Source: Octopus sinensis
Lineage: Eukaryota
DNA: 64,000 nt
NCBI RefSeq assembly: GCF_006345805.1
Contig: NC_043002.1
Coordinates: 108,128,001 to 108,192,000, forward strand
Direction of reading: 5' to 3'
In this document: in pieces, positions 61,918-64,000 of the stretch
Numbering within the stretch: the stretch's first letter is position 1
Layout of the letters: every line of letters begins with the position of its first letter
Translations under genes and position numbers: made by a program
The notes under the pieces: generated by a model
Seen by the model: the letters and a program-made list of their open reading frames with translations, nothing else
Told to the model about the DNA's origin: nothing
Databases searched by the model: none

Positions 61918-64000
61918 GTTTAACGTCCGCTTTCCGCGCTAGCACGGGTTGGACGGTTCGACCGGGTCTGGGAAGCCGGGGGCCGCTCCAGGCTCCAGTC
62001 TGAATCTGGCAGAGTTTCTATGGCTGGATGCCCTTCCTAACGCCAACCACTCCGTGAGTGGATTGGGTGCTTTTTACGTGCCACCTGCACAGGGGCCGGA
62101 GGGTCCGGCATCGTCACGATCGGTTCGAGCATTTTAACGTGTCAGCGGCACGGGGGCAACGAGGTCCGGGGTACTTTGGGGATCGGGGTACTTTGGGGAT
62201 CCAGGGTACTTTGGGGATCCGGGGTACTTAGAATGGGTAGGGGGTATGTGGAATTGCTGCAGAAAGCAGCCTGGGTCTTTGTAGTCACAGCATATCTCCA
62301 GAGATCTCGGTCCTTCGCCATTGCCTCAGTGAGGCCCAATGCTCTGAGGTCATGCTTGACCACCTCATCCCATGTCTTCCTGGGTCTACCTCTCCCCCTG
62401 ATACCTTCAACTGTTTGGGAGTGGCACTTCTTCACACATCTCTCTTCATCCATCCGCAGCACATGACCATACCATCGCAAGCGTCGCTCTTGCACACCAC
62501 ATCTGATGCTTCTTATATCCAGCATTTCTCTCAGGATACTTACACTCTGTTTTGAGTGCACACTGACACTACACATCCAGCGGATCATGCTAGCTTCATT
62601 TCTTTCAAGTCTACGCATGTCTTCTGCAGTCACAGCCCATGTTTCATTACCGTGAAGCATGGCAGTTCGCACACATGTATCATACAATCTACCTTTTGCT
62701 CTGAGGGAGAGACCTTTTGTTGCCAGTAGGGGTAGGAGCTTTCTGAACTTTGCCCAGGCTATTCGTATTCTAGTGGTGATACTCTCTGTGCATCCACCTC
62801 CGCTACTAACTTGGTCTCCCAGGTAGCGGAAACTATCAACTACTTCTAGTTTCTCTCCCTGGAGTGTGATGGAATCTGTTTTCTGAGTGTCTGTTGTGTC
62901 TATTGTCCCTGTGCATCTCTGCCGCACATGAAAGCTATCTTATCTGTTAATTTCCCTTTAATGTTGCTGCACCTCTTATGTGTCCATAACTTACATTGGG
63001 TGCATCTTATGGAGTTTCTACCTGTACCTTTCCTACAGGTTGAGCAGGCCACCTACCCGAGGGGATGTGTGCTGAGTACCTCTTGCTGCTTACTAATACT
63101 TTGGTCTTTGCTACATTTATTCTAAGGCCCTTTGATTCCAACCCTTGCTTCCACACCCGAAATTTCTCTTCTAGTTCCGGTAGTGATTCTGCTATGAGAG
63201 CTAGGTCATCGGCATAGAGGAGCTCCCAGGGGCATCCCGTTTTGAATTCCTCTGTTATTGCCTGAAGGACTATGATTAATAAAAGGGGACTGAGGGCTGA
63301 GCCCTGGTGCACACCTACTTCTACCCGGAATTCTTCACTATATTCGTTGCCAATCCTAACCTTGCTGACAGCCTCTCTGTATAGAGCCTGTACAGCCCTT
63401 ATTAGCCATTCTTCAATCTCCAGTTTCCGCATCGACCACCAGATAAGGGAACGGGGAACCCTGTCAAAGGCTTTCTCCAAGTCTACAAAAGCTATGTAGA
63501 GGGGTTATCTTTAGCTAGGTACTTCTCTGCAGTTGTCGGACCAGGAATATAGCATCAGTGGTGCTTCTACCTGGTACAAAACCGAACTGCATTTCATCTA
63601 AACAAATTCTCTCCCTAATGAGATTGGTTATGACCTTCTCTGAGACCTTCATCACCTGGTCCAACAGTTTGATACCTCTGTAGTTATTTCTATCTAGAGC
63701 ATCACCCTTACCCTTGTAGCAGTTGACTGGTGCTGCTGCACCAGTCATTGGGTATGACTCCATTGTGAACTACCTGGTTTACAATGCGGTGTGACTATGG
63801 CATAGCCCACATAGCCAGCTGTTTTAAGCATCTCAGCAGTGATTCCTGATAGGCCAGGGGCTTTGCCTGGTTTCATATCCTTAATTGCCTTATCTACAAG
63901 GGAGCTGTCTATTCGGGTAGCTGGTCCCTCTACTGGGTCAACATTTGGCAGGCTCTCCTCCTCCCATTCATTCTCCTCATTCAGCAGTCTTTCATAATGG
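61885..64000 (-). mobile_element. RTE-clade LINE, 3' ~2.1 kb with disrupted reverse transcriptase
   Basis: ORFs 63515-63763, 63007-63480 (DLEKAFDRVPR, GVHQGSALSPLL, LLYADD) and 62142-62927 (RRLRWYGHVLR, RGRGRPRKTW); 3'UTR and (CAT)n tail; frameshifts. Confidence 0.95.

Overview
AT-rich, repeat-dense animal genomic DNA; the SINE/LINE/MITE inventory suggests an octopus (coleoid cephalopod), which is inference. The window is almost entirely intronic sequence of one minus-strand gene, a PLEKHG1/2/3-type DH-PH Rho GEF. I could assemble 11 phase-compatible GT-AG exons (56651->13830, including an 11-nt and a 24-nt microexon) plus a tentative GC-donor exon. The first DH exon lies upstream and was not found in the window. 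The introns hold several tRNA-derived SINE families, RTE, CR1-like and R4/Dong-like LINE fragments, Tc1/mariner relics, non-autonomous Helitrons, piggyBac-like and 8-bp-TSD MITEs, many foldback palindromes and minisatellites. The most notable observation is a repeat family present at four loci. It joins a tRNA-like Pol III head to a tail containing a minimal type-I hammerhead ribozyme motif (GACAC-CUGAUGA-stemII-GAAA-CGU-U-GUGUU) of the kind known from Penelope-like elements, and it always occurs as a divergent inverted pair. All coordinates and alignments were made by eye; repeat boundaries are approximate.
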